Below, one piece after another: positions 10,193 through 20,020 of a DNA stretch of 64,000 nt. This DNA is from Halarcobacter sp. (GTDB lineage: Bacteria; Campylobacterota; Campylobacteria; Campylobacterales; Arcobacteraceae). Location: contig OY781089.1 of assembly GCA_963676565.1 (NCBI GenBank), positions 1,216,001 to 1,280,000 on the forward strand, written 5' to 3'. A program made the translations under genes and the position numbers. The stretch's first letter is position 1. Each line of letters starts with the position of its first letter. The notes beneath the pieces are model-generated. The model had not been told where the DNA came from. It saw only the letters and a program-made list of their open reading frames with translations, and searched no databases.

Positions 10193-12049
10193 TTAACCCT
10201 TCAACTCAATAGTGATTAAAACACCATCATTTTCATTTTCAATTCTTAGTTTGCCACCCATATTATCTTCAATTATCATCTTTGACATATAAAGTCCCAT
10301 CCCTGTTCCTTCACCTTGCTGTTTTGTGGTAAAGTATGGTTCAAATACTCTATCTATTATATTTTGTGGTATCCCTCCACCATTATCTTTTATCTTTATT
10401 ATATCTTCTTTTATATCTATTTGGATTTTTGGATTTTGGATATTATTTTGTACTAGTGCATCTTTTGAGTTACTTATTAGGTTTATAATTACTTGTTGAA
10501 ACTCTGTTTTAAACCCTACATATAAAAAATCATCTCCATTTAGTTCTAAATCTATATGGTGGTTTTTTAGTTGTGCATTTTGGATATTTAAAACCTCTTC
10601 TATTGCATCTTTTATATGAAAATCTTTTTTCTCTTTATCTATTCTAAAAAAGTTTCTAAAATCATCTATTGTTTTACTCATAAAATCTATTGTATTTTTA
10701 TTCTTTTTTATAAACTCTTTTATAAACTCTTCATCTATTTGCTCTTTTGCATAGTTATATTTTAGTTTTTGTATTCTAATACTTAGTTCATTTAATGGTT
10801 GTCTCCATTGATGGGCTATTGCTCCTATCATCTCTCCCATTGAGGCTAGTTTACTTTGTTGGATAAGTGCTTTTTCTTTTTCTCTTCTTAGAGTTACTTC
10901 ATTTTTAACTTTTTTTTCTAAATTTTTTTTATAATCTTCAGTTTGAAGCAATAACTCATTTGTTTTATTATTTAAAAGTTTAAACTCTAAAGCTGCTTTT
11001 ATTAGTTTACCTATAATATCATCTTGCTTATATTCAGGTATTTTAACCTCTTTTTTATCTTGTAAAATATCCTCAAACATTAAAGTTAAGTTTTCAATTG
11101 GTCTTAATAAAACTCTTATTAGTAGGAAAAAACTTATAAAAACTAAAATAGTATAAATGATGCTCATAATAAGGTTTGAGTTTTTATTTATACTAAGTAA
11201 ATGGTCTATCTCATTTTTTATTTCACCAATCTCTTTAAAACTAATTTGCTTAATACTTTGAGCATAATAGTCTATTTCATAAATATTTCCTGGCATTACA
11301 ACCTTTGTAATCATAGAATAAGTTCTATAGTGAGAAATTGTTTTGTTTGATAGTCCTATAAGTTTTAAAACTTTTTTTTCTATAAATTTTTTCATCTTAC
11401 TATCTAATTCTTGGTTACTTTTAAATAGTTCTTCTAAAAGATATTTTAGATTTAATTGCTCTTTTTTCAGCTTTATAATAAAACTTCCATCATCTGTTTC
11501 AAAATATCTAAATACAGCTTTTTCAATCTCTAAAATAGATTTTTTAAATAAAATTAAATCAAATAAAGATTTTTTAGATGAGATATCTATTTTCAAATTT
11601 TCTGCTATGTTTTCTAAGTTTTGAGCTTCTTGTCTCACATTTTTACGAAAATCAAAATTAAGAGGTATTTGTTCTTCTGCTATTTTAAAATCTTCTCTAA
11701 ACCTATCTATATTTTGAATAATTTTTGTAAAAGAGTAATATAAATTTTTATCATCAATAAAGTTGATGTTCTTATCTATATTTTTAAAGTTATCTAAGGT
11801 TTGATTTATATATATTAATAGTTCATCATCTCCAAAACGAATAAATTCATAGACATTTTTATGAAGTTTTTCTGTTTGAGATACAAGAATTAATAAGTTT
11901 TGCAAAGAATCATTTTTTTGATTTAGTTTTTTTATATTATTTGAGATATTTTTAATATTTGATTGATGAATTATAGCTGATATTACAAAAAATGTCACAA
12001 GAAAGAAAGACAATATATATATTTTATAATGAAATTTTATATTATTCAT
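10193..12049 (-). CDS. Membrane sensor histidine kinase (periplasmic helical sensor, HAMP-like)
   Basis: Two TMs, IAHQWRQPL, GTGMGL. Confidence 0.9.
   Translation of the reverse strand: MNNIKFHYKIYILSFFLVTFFVISAIIHQSNIKNISNNIKKLNQKNDSLQNLLILVSQTEKLHKNVYEFIRFGDDELLIYINQTLDNFKNIDKNINFIDDKNLYYSFTKIIQNIDRFREDFKIAEEQIPLNFDFRKNVRQEAQNLENIAENLKIDISSKKSLFDLILFKKSILEIEKAVFRYFETDDGSFIIKLKKEQLNLKYLLEELFKSNQELDSKMKKFIEKKVLKLIGLSNKTISHYRTYSMITKVVMPGNIYEIDYYAQSIKQISFKEIGEIKNEIDHLLSINKNSNLIMSIIYTILVFISFFLLIRVLLRPIENLTLMFEDILQDKKEVKIPEYKQDDIIGKLIKAALEFKLLNNKTNELLLQTEDYKKNLEKKVKNEVTLRREKEKALIQQSKLASMGEMIGAIAHQWRQPLNELSIRIQKLKYNYAKEQIDEEFIKEFIKKNKNTIDFMSKTIDDFRNFFRIDKEKKDFHIKDAIEEVLNIQNAQLKNHHIDLELNGDDFLYVGFKTEFQQVIINLISNSKDALVQNNIQNPKIQIDIKEDIIKIKDNGGGIPQNIIDRVFEPYFTTKQQGEGTGMGLYMSKMIIEDNMGGKLRIENENDGVLITIELKG
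10206..10861. repeat. 656-bp direct repeat, copy 1 (kinase DHp+CA region)
   Basis: Reads identical to 13327-13982. Confidence 0.9.
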
Positions 12050-12052
12050 AAC

Positions 12053-13312
12053 TTACACTCTTTTACTTATAAAATGATACCATTTGTTTAAACTATAATC
12101 AAAATTTGGCATTACAGTATTCCAAACGGCAATATTTTCAAATCTATTAATATATGAACCGCCTGTTCTTTTTGTACCTTTTTTTACAGATATTTTTCCA
12201 TCTGTTCCATATAAATCTTTTTTTGCAACTTTTCCATTATACCAATAATCCCATTCCTCCTCTTCCATAAATCCTTTTGAACGATTAGGATTTGATATAT
12301 AATATCCTTGTTTGGCAATAAATGCTCCAGTCCAACCTGATAACCACCAATTCATATACTCATAAGCAGCATCTTTTTGTTCACCTTTTGAAGCACTTGA
12401 CAAACTCATAACTCCATACCATGCACGGTAACCCTCTTTAGGTGCAGCATAAATACAAGGTATTCCCATACCCTTTAAACTACTAGCAGCTGGGGAGAAC
12501 ATACTTTCTATAAATACTTCATTGTTTTTCATCAACTCAACACTATGGGGAACAGAATTCCAAAAACCTCTAAAATGGCCTTTTTGTTTATATTCAGTCA
12601 ATATGTCAAATAACTCATCAATTTCGACTCTTGTAAGGTTTCCTATATCTTTAAAAGTTGCTAATTTTTTTCCTTGCACAGCCAAAGCTAAATCAAATAA
12701 TCCAATAGTTGGTTCATTTACAATTGCTACTTTCCCTTTATATTTTTCATCCAATAACCAACTCCAACTCTCTGTTTCATATGGTATTCCTTGAGTGATT
12801 ATATTTGAGTTATAACCAAAAGAATCAACATTGTGAACATAAGGCATAAATGAGATGTTGTTTGTAGGGTTTGAACCTAGTGTATTATTTTCTTGTATAT
12901 ATAAAATCTTATTGGGAACATCTCCTGCTCCTTTTTTTGCATTTGGACTAATTTTTCCTGTTTTGGGTAAGGAGTTAATCTCATCCCAATACTTTAATTT
13001 ATCTATTTGTATGGGTTGAATAGCACCTGAATCCCATAACAGTCTTGTACTATTTGACCATTGTTCATATATATCAAAAGTATTAGGGTTTGAAATTGCC
13101 CTTGTTAAAACCTCTGCACTTCCGCCTGGGTAAAACTCTACATTTATTTTTAGCTCTTCCATAGCTTTTTGTCTAATTTTCTCTTGTAAGGTAACATGTG
13201 TTCCTAAAACTTTTATAGTTGGGTATTTATTTTTTGCTGTTAATATAGCAGGAAAACCTATACTTGCAACAATTGCTGATGAACTTTTTTTTATAAAATC
13301 TCTTCTATGCAT
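12053..13312 (-). CDS. Tat-exported solute-binding protein (PotD/PotF-like)
   Basis: RRDFIK twin-arginine signal; SWSWLLDEKYKGKVA, APKEGYRAW, AAYEYMNWW. Confidence 0.75.
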   Translation of the reverse strand: MHRRDFIKKSSSAIVASIGFPAILTAKNKYPTIKVLGTHVTLQEKIRQKAMEELKINVEFYPGGSAEVLTRAISNPNTFDIYEQWSNSTRLLWDSGAIQPIQIDKLKYWDEINSLPKTGKISPNAKKGAGDVPNKILYIQENNTLGSNPTNNISFMPYVHNVDSFGYNSNIITQGIPYETESWSWLLDEKYKGKVAIVNEPTIGLFDLALAVQGKKLATFKDIGNLTRVEIDELFDILTEYKQKGHFRGFWNSVPHSVELMKNNEVFIESMFSPAASSLKGMGIPCIYAAPKEGYRAWYGVMSLSSASKGEQKDAAYEYMNWWLSGWTGAFIAKQGYYISNPNRSKGFMEEEEWDYWYNGKVAKKDLYGTDGKISVKKGTKRTGGSYINRFENIAVWNTVMPNFDYSLNKWYHFISKRV

Positions 13313-15659
13313 AATTACCCTTCAAATCAATAGTGATTAAAACACCATCATTTTCATTTTCAATTCTTAGTTTGCCACCCATATTATCTTCAATTATCAT
13401 CTTTGACATATAAAGTCCCATCCCTGTTCCTTCACCTTGCTGTTTTGTGGTAAAGTATGGTTCAAATACTCTATCTATTATATTTTGTGGTATCCCTCCA
13501 CCATTATCTTTTATCTTTATTATATCTTCTTTTATATCTATTTGGATTTTTGGATTTTGGATATTATTTTGTACTAGTGCATCTTTTGAGTTACTTATTA
13601 GGTTTATAATTACTTGTTGAAACTCTGTTTTAAACCCTACATATAAAAAATCATCTCCATTTAGTTCTAAATCTATATGGTGGTTTTTTAGTTGTGCATT
13701 TTGGATATTTAAAACCTCTTCTATTGCATCTTTTATATGAAAATCTTTTTTCTCTTTATCTATTCTAAAAAAGTTTCTAAAATCATCTATTGTTTTACTC
13801 ATAAAATCTATTGTATTTTTATTCTTTTTTATAAACTCTTTTATAAACTCTTCATCTATTTGCTCTTTTGCATAGTTATATTTTAGTTTTTGTATTCTAA
13901 TACTTAGTTCATTTAATGGTTGTCTCCATTGATGGGCTATTGCTCCTATCATCTCTCCCATTGAGGCTAGTTTACTTTGTTGAAGAAAAATAGCTTCTTT
14001 TTTCTCCTCCTCTTTTTTAGCTAAGGTTTTTTCTGTAATATCTTGTATTGTAACTTTTCTTTGACTAGCTTGAAAGTTTTCATCAAATTCACAAGATAAA
14101 AATAATTCAAGATATTTTATATTATGATTTTGTGTAATAATTTTAATTTCAATATTATCTTTATTTATAAAACTATTTTTATACTGTTCATTTTTTTGAA
14201 AAAATTTAATTAATCTATATTTATCATCCTCATCAACTCTTGAAAGTATTTTTTCACTAGTTATTTCACTATCTTGTTCAAACTCAAATATTTTATAAAA
14301 CTGTTTAGAAACCCAATACTTTTCTGTTTTAAAACTCTTTTTTACAGTTGCAATTTTTGCTAACTCTTGAGTCTCTTCATGCATTTGATTTAACTCTTTT
14401 AACTCTTGCGTTGCAATCTTTACCTCTTTTTCAATTGCTATTTTTTGTTTTCTTAATATTATTTGTCTATAAAGGAAAAAAGAGATTATTAAAAAAGAGA
14501 TTATAGCAATCCAATATGCTATTGTGTAATCTATTTTTTCTATTCTTGTGTTTTGTAGCCATTTGTTGATTATTTTTTGTTTTTCATTCTCATCAATATT
14601 ATCAATTAATTTATTTAATATAGGAACTAATTGTTCACTTTGTTTATTTACCATAATTTGAATATCAAAGTTAAATTTACTAGTACCTGATATTTTTAGA
14701 TTTGTAAACCCATATTTGTTTAATTCATAATTTATTACAGGTAATATATCAGCTGCTGCATAAACTTTTCCATTTGCTAAAAGGTCTAATGCAGTTTGAA
14801 TATTTTTAACAGGTACAAAATCTATTTTAGGATAATGTTTTTGTAAAAGCTTATGGGCTGAATAGTTTTTTCCAACAGCAACTTTTTTACCCTCTAACTT
14901 TTTTAAATCAAGCAAAAAATCCTCTTTTGAATTTGTTGCAATGGCAATAGGAAAGGAAGCATAAGGTTTAGTAAAGGAAGCATACTCTTCTCTTTGTTTT
15001 GTCGCTGATGTTGAAGTTATAATAGTATTTGGTTTAGTTTTAATAAGTTCAAGAATTTTACTAAAACTATCGACAGCTTGATAGGTGGTTTTTATATTTG
15101 AATTTTTTGTAATCTCATCCCAAAAGTCAACTGATATACCTTTGACTAAATCATTTTCAGGGAAAATAAAAGGATACCAGCCTTTTGAATTATAATAAAT
15201 TAAAAAATCATTATCTGATAAAAACTTCTTTTCCTCTTTGCTTAAAATATTATTATTCATACTATAATCAATATTATCATTTGTATTTAAATCATAATAA
15301 AGTGTCAAATAACCAATATTTTCATCTTTGAAAAAAATTGTTTGTTTTATTTCAAAATCATATTTAAGGTTTTTAGGTATCTTTTCAGTAAAAAATAAAA
15401 CATCTTTATCCCTATAAAAAGAAAACATTATCTTATCTTCTAAATTTTCAGTAACAACTAATGCTTTGATTTTTTTATTATCATAAACTAAAGCATTTAA
15501 AGTATGAGATAACTGTTTTTCATCTAAAGTGTATACAAAACTTGAACTAATCTCTGCTATTATTTCTGCTTCATTTTTTGCAATATCTTTTGTAGAAGCA
15601 TTTAATTGAAGTGCAAAAATAAAAAACAATACTAATTTAAATAAAATTTTTAAAATCAT
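13305..15659 (-). CDS. Histidine kinase with periplasmic family-3 SBP domain (BvgS-like sensor)
   Basis: WYPF...GISVD, FTKPY, LEGKKVAV; TM; IAHQWRQPL. Confidence 0.85.
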   Translation of the reverse strand: MILKILFKLVLFFIFALQLNASTKDIAKNEAEIIAEISSSFVYTLDEKQLSHTLNALVYDNKKIKALVVTENLEDKIMFSFYRDKDVLFFTEKIPKNLKYDFEIKQTIFFKDENIGYLTLYYDLNTNDNIDYSMNNNILSKEEKKFLSDNDFLIYYNSKGWYPFIFPENDLVKGISVDFWDEITKNSNIKTTYQAVDSFSKILELIKTKPNTIITSTSATKQREEYASFTKPYASFPIAIATNSKEDFLLDLKKLEGKKVAVGKNYSAHKLLQKHYPKIDFVPVKNIQTALDLLANGKVYAAADILPVINYELNKYGFTNLKISGTSKFNFDIQIMVNKQSEQLVPILNKLIDNIDENEKQKIINKWLQNTRIEKIDYTIAYWIAIISFLIISFFLYRQIILRKQKIAIEKEVKIATQELKELNQMHEETQELAKIATVKKSFKTEKYWVSKQFYKIFEFEQDSEITSEKILSRVDEDDKYRLIKFFQKNEQYKNSFINKDNIEIKIITQNHNIKYLELFLSCEFDENFQASQRKVTIQDITEKTLAKKEEEKKEAIFLQQSKLASMGEMIGAIAHQWRQPLNELSIRIQKLKYNYAKEQIDEEFIKEFIKKNKNTIDFMSKTIDDFRNFFRIDKEKKDFHIKDAIEEVLNIQNAQLKNHHIDLELNGDDFLYVGFKTEFQQVIINLISNSKDALVQNNIQNPKIQIDIKEDIIKIKDNGGGIPQNIIDRVFEPYFTTKQQGEGTGMGLYMSKMIIEDNMGGKLRIENENDGVLITIDLKGNYA
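13327..13982. repeat. 656-bp direct repeat, copy 2
   Basis: Reads identical to 10206-10861; offset 3121 bp. Confidence 0.9.
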
Positions 15660-15666
15660 CTCCTAC

Positions 15667-16386
15667 CTACTCTTTTAATCCATTCCATATTTTTTCTGCT
15701 ATTTCTTTATTTTGATTATAAAACTGTTTTGAGAAAACTAAAAAATAGTTTTTCTGACGAATTGGATTTTTCTCTTTTACAATATTCTTTTTAAATGTAG
15801 GATACTTTTCTAAAAGTTCATCTATATCTTTTCCTACAGCTGCATAAGAAGAGAGTTTCTTTGAATAAAGTTCTCTAAGTAATGCCACTTTTGATTCCAT
15901 CTGTTTTATTTCAATATTTTTATGCTTATTTAAATCTTCAATTACTGCAAAATTTGTTTCTACTCCAAGAGGAGCATCAGGATTTTTAAAAACATCTCCA
16001 TCCCAAGATATTTTACTATCTTTATTTTTATAAATATAGTAACTTTTACCTGAATTTAGCTTTCTTTGATTATCAAGGGTACCTAAACTTGTTTTAGGGT
16101 ATGCAGCATACAATGCTCTATCTTCTTTATAACTAGCATTTATAAGACCATCTGCCTTATTAACTTTTAACATTAATAAAGCTCTTTGCCAAGGTACACC
16201 TTGAAACTTTACACTTACTCCTATATTATTTGCAATTTTTGTTATTTTTTCTAAATATTGTACATTTGAAGTTCTGACTTTTCCATCAGTTGAACTATGC
16301 AGAATTAAAATATCTGACTTAAATTCGCTATTAGCATAAGACAAAATGGAAAAAAATAGTAAAATAAATATAATTCTTAAATGCAT
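15667..16386 (-). CDS. Family-3 substrate-binding protein
   Basis: Signal peptide; VPWQRALLMLK, ASYKEDR, YFLVFSK. Confidence 0.75.
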   Translation of the reverse strand: MHLRIIFILLFFSILSYANSEFKSDILILHSSTDGKVRTSNVQYLEKITKIANNIGVSVKFQGVPWQRALLMLKVNKADGLINASYKEDRALYAAYPKTSLGTLDNQRKLNSGKSYYIYKNKDSKISWDGDVFKNPDAPLGVETNFAVIEDLNKHKNIEIKQMESKVALLRELYSKKLSSYAAVGKDIDELLEKYPTFKKNIVKEKNPIRQKNYFLVFSKQFYNQNKEIAEKIWNGLKE

Positions 16387-16824
16387 GTTTTTGCCTTAGG
16401 TCAAGTTAAATTTATTTTATAGTAATTTGTATAAAACTAAACATAGCTAAAAGCAAAACAGTATTAATCTTTAATCTAAACAATTTTTCATATTCAAATT
16501 ACTCTTTAATTTTCAGAATTTTAAGAATTATTTTTATTTAAATCATATCTTCCTAATCCCACAAAACATAAAACTTATTGCCAATCATATAAAGTGAAAA
16601 TACCAAAATATTGACCTATGTAGTATTATATTGTAGTTCAAGTGTATCAATTCTATCCTTGTCAACAAACTCTTATATTTGGAACAAAATTAGAAAATCT
16701 AACTTATTGGCTTTATAACCTTTGTTTAGAGATATAATTTGTTCCAAAAAGTGTTCAAGAAGTAGAATTTAGTGATTCTCTCAAATCCTAAGGACTTTTT
16801 GAACAACAAAAATCACTTTTTAAG

Positions 16825-17211
16825 TCATAAGTTTAAAGATTCATCTAGTCTACCCTCAAATAATATTGCCAACTGTGAAATAGTTAGCGACCAATTCCAA
16901 ATAGGCATAGTCCATTTTTTAGAAGCATTCTGAATGCCCATATACAAAAGTTTGAGAAGACTATTTTCATTTGGGAAAGCACCTTTAGTTTTAGTAAGTT
17001 TTCTAAACTGCCTGTGAACTGATTCAATAATATTAGTAGTGTAGATGATGCGTCTTATCTCTTCAGGATATTTAAAATATGCAGATAGATGTTCCCATTT
17101 GTTCCTCCACGACTTAATTACAATAGGATATTTTTTACCCCACTTAGACTCAAGGTTGTCAAGTTCCATTTCAGCAGCTTCTTTGGAGATAGCTTGATAG
17201 ATAATCTTCAA
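16825..17211 (-). pseudogene. IS256-family transposase, C-terminal fragment
   Basis: IYTTNIIESVHRQFRKLTKTKGAFPNE; 5' part missing. Confidence 0.9.
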
Positions 17212-17395
17212 TTTGTTTTATTATACAGAGTACATTTATTTTCTAGTACTTTATAGATTTTGCAATAATGAAATAATATAACTCAATACAAAATTTAATT
17301 AAAAATATTACATATTGTTAATTTTATTTATAAAACACCTTCAGCTTCATTTTATTTGATTTCAATCTTTTTTAATCATATATCATCAACATAGA

Positions 17396-17416
17396 CAAAG
17401 TGAATCGGTCACTTTG
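17396..17416. promoter_or_regulatory. Palindrome upstream of the DUF932 operon (operator or leader hairpin)
   Basis: caaagtga-atcgg-tcactttg, perfect 8-bp inverted repeat. Confidence 0.45.
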
Positions 17417-17441
17417 AAAACTCAAGATAAGGAGCTATAAC

Positions 17442-17549
17442 ATGTTTCAAAAGTTAAGAAAGTTCTGTGTATTCACAACTAAGCCAAAATTCGATGATTT
17501 AGTTTGTGATGGAAGGAAATGGATAAATAGAAATAGAGGTGTGTCATGA
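17442..17549 (+). CDS. 35-aa small protein (not in ORF track)
   Basis: AAGGAG RBS; MFQKLRKFCVF...NRGVS; ATGA overlap with next ORF. Confidence 0.55.
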   Translation: MFQKLRKFCVFTTKPKFDDLVCDGRKWINRNRGVS

Positions 17550-17731
17550 AGATGAAAGAGCAACTTCAAAAACAGCAAGATGAAGAGTTTCAAAAGGATC
17601 TATCTTTTGCACAATGGCATGATTTCTTCTCAAAAGAGCCTACAAGTAAAGAACTTAACGATATGGAAGATGAAGCTTGTAAAAACAAACCTCAAAACAA
17701 TCCATATTATCAACCACTACAAGGTGCTTAA
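17546..17731 (+). CDS. Hypothetical protein
   Basis: AGAGGT RBS, operon position. Confidence 0.6.
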   Translation: MKMKEQLQKQQDEEFQKDLSFAQWHDFFSKEPTSKELNDMEDEACKNKPQNNPYYQPLQGA

Positions 17732-17732
17732 A

Positions 17733-17825
17733 ATGATTCCCAATAGCGTATTAATGGCAATTATCATTGCATCAGCAACAATATTTAAAGAGTACCTAGA
17801 TTCAAAAGAAGATGATAAGTTTTAG
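17733..17825 (+). CDS. 30-aa hydrophobic peptide
   Basis: AAGGTG RBS; MIPNSVLMAIIIASATIFKEYLDSKEDDKF. Confidence 0.5.
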   Translation: MIPNSVLMAIIIASATIFKEYLDSKEDDKF

Positions 17826-17873
17826 TCAACTGACTTTCAACATAAAACAATAAAAAATAATAAGGATAAAACC

Positions 17874-18692
17874 ATGTCAAAACCAATTAAACCATTAACA
17901 AATGAAGAGTTAAAAGCAAAAGCACCAAGTCTGTTCCAAGAACAACCATATCATGAAGTAAGTGATAAATATCACTTCATACCTACAATTGATATTGTAG
18001 AAAATCTAAGAGGGCAAAGTTGGTTTCCTGTTTCAGTAAATGAAGCAGGAGTTAGAGATATAGCAAAAGATGGATTCCAACAACACTATGTAAGATTCCA
18101 AAATTTCCAAGACTTAATTAACCCAAGTGGAAATGTAGTTGAACTACTTTTGTTTAATAGTCATGATAGAAGTAAAGCTTTTACAATTAGTGCTGGAATT
18201 TACAGATATGTATGTTCTAATGGTCTTGTAATAGCTGATAGTGTATTTGATAGCTATAAAATTAAACACTTAGGCGATAGAAACAATGATGTAGAAAATG
18301 CAGTTACAAGAATTACAGAAATAAAACCAAAACTACTTTCAAAAATTGCAAAATTTGAATCTATCAAACTAAACAAAAGTGAAAAAGAAGCTTTTATGCA
18401 AAGTGCTTTACCATTGCGATTTGAAAACCACTTAGAACTTGATAATCCAAATGATTTATTAAATCCACTACGAGCTGAGGATATGAAAGATGATTTATAT
18501 ACAACACTTAATGTACTTCAAGAGAATCTTTTATCTTCTAAAATTAGTGGTTATAACAAAGATACTGGAAGACGATTTACAAGTAAAGAGATTACATCTA
18601 TTTCAAAAGATGTAGAGATAAATAAAGGTCTTTGGGATATAGCTGAAAGAATTGCTAGTATCAAAGACTCTTCTTATGCAATGGCTGCATAG
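17874..18692 (+). CDS. DUF932/DUF945-family protein
   Basis: VSDKYHFIPT, NSHDRSKAF, GIYRYVCSNGLV, LNVLQENL. Confidence 0.9.
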   Translation: MSKPIKPLTNEELKAKAPSLFQEQPYHEVSDKYHFIPTIDIVENLRGQSWFPVSVNEAGVRDIAKDGFQQHYVRFQNFQDLINPSGNVVELLLFNSHDRSKAFTISAGIYRYVCSNGLVIADSVFDSYKIKHLGDRNNDVENAVTRITEIKPKLLSKIAKFESIKLNKSEKEAFMQSALPLRFENHLELDNPNDLLNPLRAEDMKDDLYTTLNVLQENLLSSKISGYNKDTGRRFTSKEITSISKDVEINKGLWDIAERIASIKDSSYAMAA

Positions 18693-18695
18693 GAG

Positions 18696-19295
18696 TTGAA
18701 AATGAAACTAGTTAATTATGCACTTCAAACACAAATAGAGACTCTTAGTGAAACTAAATCTCAAAAGTTCTTTAAAAGCTATATTCAACAAATTCTAGAA
18801 GATGACAGTAAGCCATATTATCAAAAAGCTGATTATGTTGGACTATCTCTAAATGAATTGAAAAACAAAATAGATTATCTGTCAACAAATATCAAAGAGC
18901 TACAAGCATTAAAACAAAAACTTAATGAATCATTAGAGATTGCCAAAGTTTTAACAGCTGATGTTTTAATTAAAAATGGTGTTGATAGGATAGATGGGAA
19001 TATTTTGAGTTCATTAACTCTTACAAAAGAATCAACCACTATCAAAAAGAAAATCACAATCAAAGATGAAAATGCAGTTATGGGATTAGGATATGTGAAA
19101 TTTAGTGTTGATGATGAAGCAATAGCAAAAGTTGTAGATGAAAACTCTGATGCAGTAAAAGAGCTAAGTGAGTTTATTACAGTTGAAAAGATTGAAACTA
19201 CAAACCCAGCTAAAGTAAAAATCAATACAAAAAGAGCAGTTCACAATACAACAATAATAACTGATGAAATTTTAGAGTTAAAACAAGCATCATAA
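18696..19295 (+). CDS. Gp157/Gam-like coiled-coil protein
   Basis: Coiled coil IKELQALKQKL followed by GVDRIDG; adjacent to SSAP gene. Confidence 0.5.
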   Translation: MKMKLVNYALQTQIETLSETKSQKFFKSYIQQILEDDSKPYYQKADYVGLSLNELKNKIDYLSTNIKELQALKQKLNESLEIAKVLTADVLIKNGVDRIDGNILSSLTLTKESTTIKKKITIKDENAVMGLGYVKFSVDDEAIAKVVDENSDAVKELSEFITVEKIETTNPAKVKINTKRAVHNTTIITDEILELKQAS

Positions 19296-19306
19296 GGAGG
19301 TAAAAG

Positions 19307-20020
19307 ATGTTTAATGATAAACAAATAAAGACATTAGAAGATGAGTTAGACTCTTCAAGAATTAAAACAAGAGAAAAAGGAAACATCAACCTCTCATATT
19401 TAGAGGGGTTTGATGTAATTGAAACGGCTAATAATGTGTTTGGTTTTGGTAATTGGTCTTATACTGTATCAAAGTTAGAGCAAGTATCTCAAGAAACAAA
19501 TGTCAACCAAAACTATGTAGTATGCTATAAAGCAGTCCTTAGAGTACTAGTTTATAATAATACGCATACTATCAATGTAAATAGAGAAGATGTAGGATTT
19601 GGAACTGGAATTGCAAAGACTTTAGCTGATTCCCATGAAAATGGAGCAAAAGAAGCTATTACAGATGCATTAAAAAGAGCACTTAGGTCTTTTGGAAATC
19701 AGTTTGGTAACTCACTATATGATAAGAGTAGAAACCATAATAACCAAAATCTAATAAATCAACAAAATAAACAAGTAACCTATAATCAACAAACTCTACC
19801 TTCAAACAATCAAAATCAAAGAAGTACTAATCAAGGGTTTAATCAATATGAGTATCAATCCCTTTACAATCTAGGATTAAATATCATCGAACAAAATGGC
19901 TTCTTAATAGTTGTAGGTGATGATATTTTTGCTAAGAAAGATTCTATTAAGGCTTGTGGCTTTAGATGGGATGGAAACTCTAAGCAATGGTATAAATCAC
20001 TAGAACAAGGGGCTGCTTAA
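19307..20020 (+). CDS. Rad52/Rad22-family single-strand annealing protein (Sak-like)
   Basis: LSYLEG, ANNVFGFGNWS, REDVGFG, KEAITDALKRALRSFGNQFGNSLY. Confidence 0.9.
   Translation: MFNDKQIKTLEDELDSSRIKTREKGNINLSYLEGFDVIETANNVFGFGNWSYTVSKLEQVSQETNVNQNYVVCYKAVLRVLVYNNTHTINVNREDVGFGTGIAKTLADSHENGAKEAITDALKRALRSFGNQFGNSLYDKSRNHNNQNLINQQNKQVTYNQQTLPSNNQNQRSTNQGFNQYEYQSLYNLGLNIIEQNGFLIVVGDDIFAKKDSIKACGFRWDGNSKQWYKSLEQGAA

Noticed and set aside
10206..13982. Diversity-generating retroelement TR/VR pair
   Set aside because: Copies are identical with no adenine-specific differences, and no reverse transcriptase is present
17580..17825. 81-aa ORF as listed in the track
   Set aside because: Overlaps 17546..17731; only the last 30 codons from ATG 17733 have their own RBS
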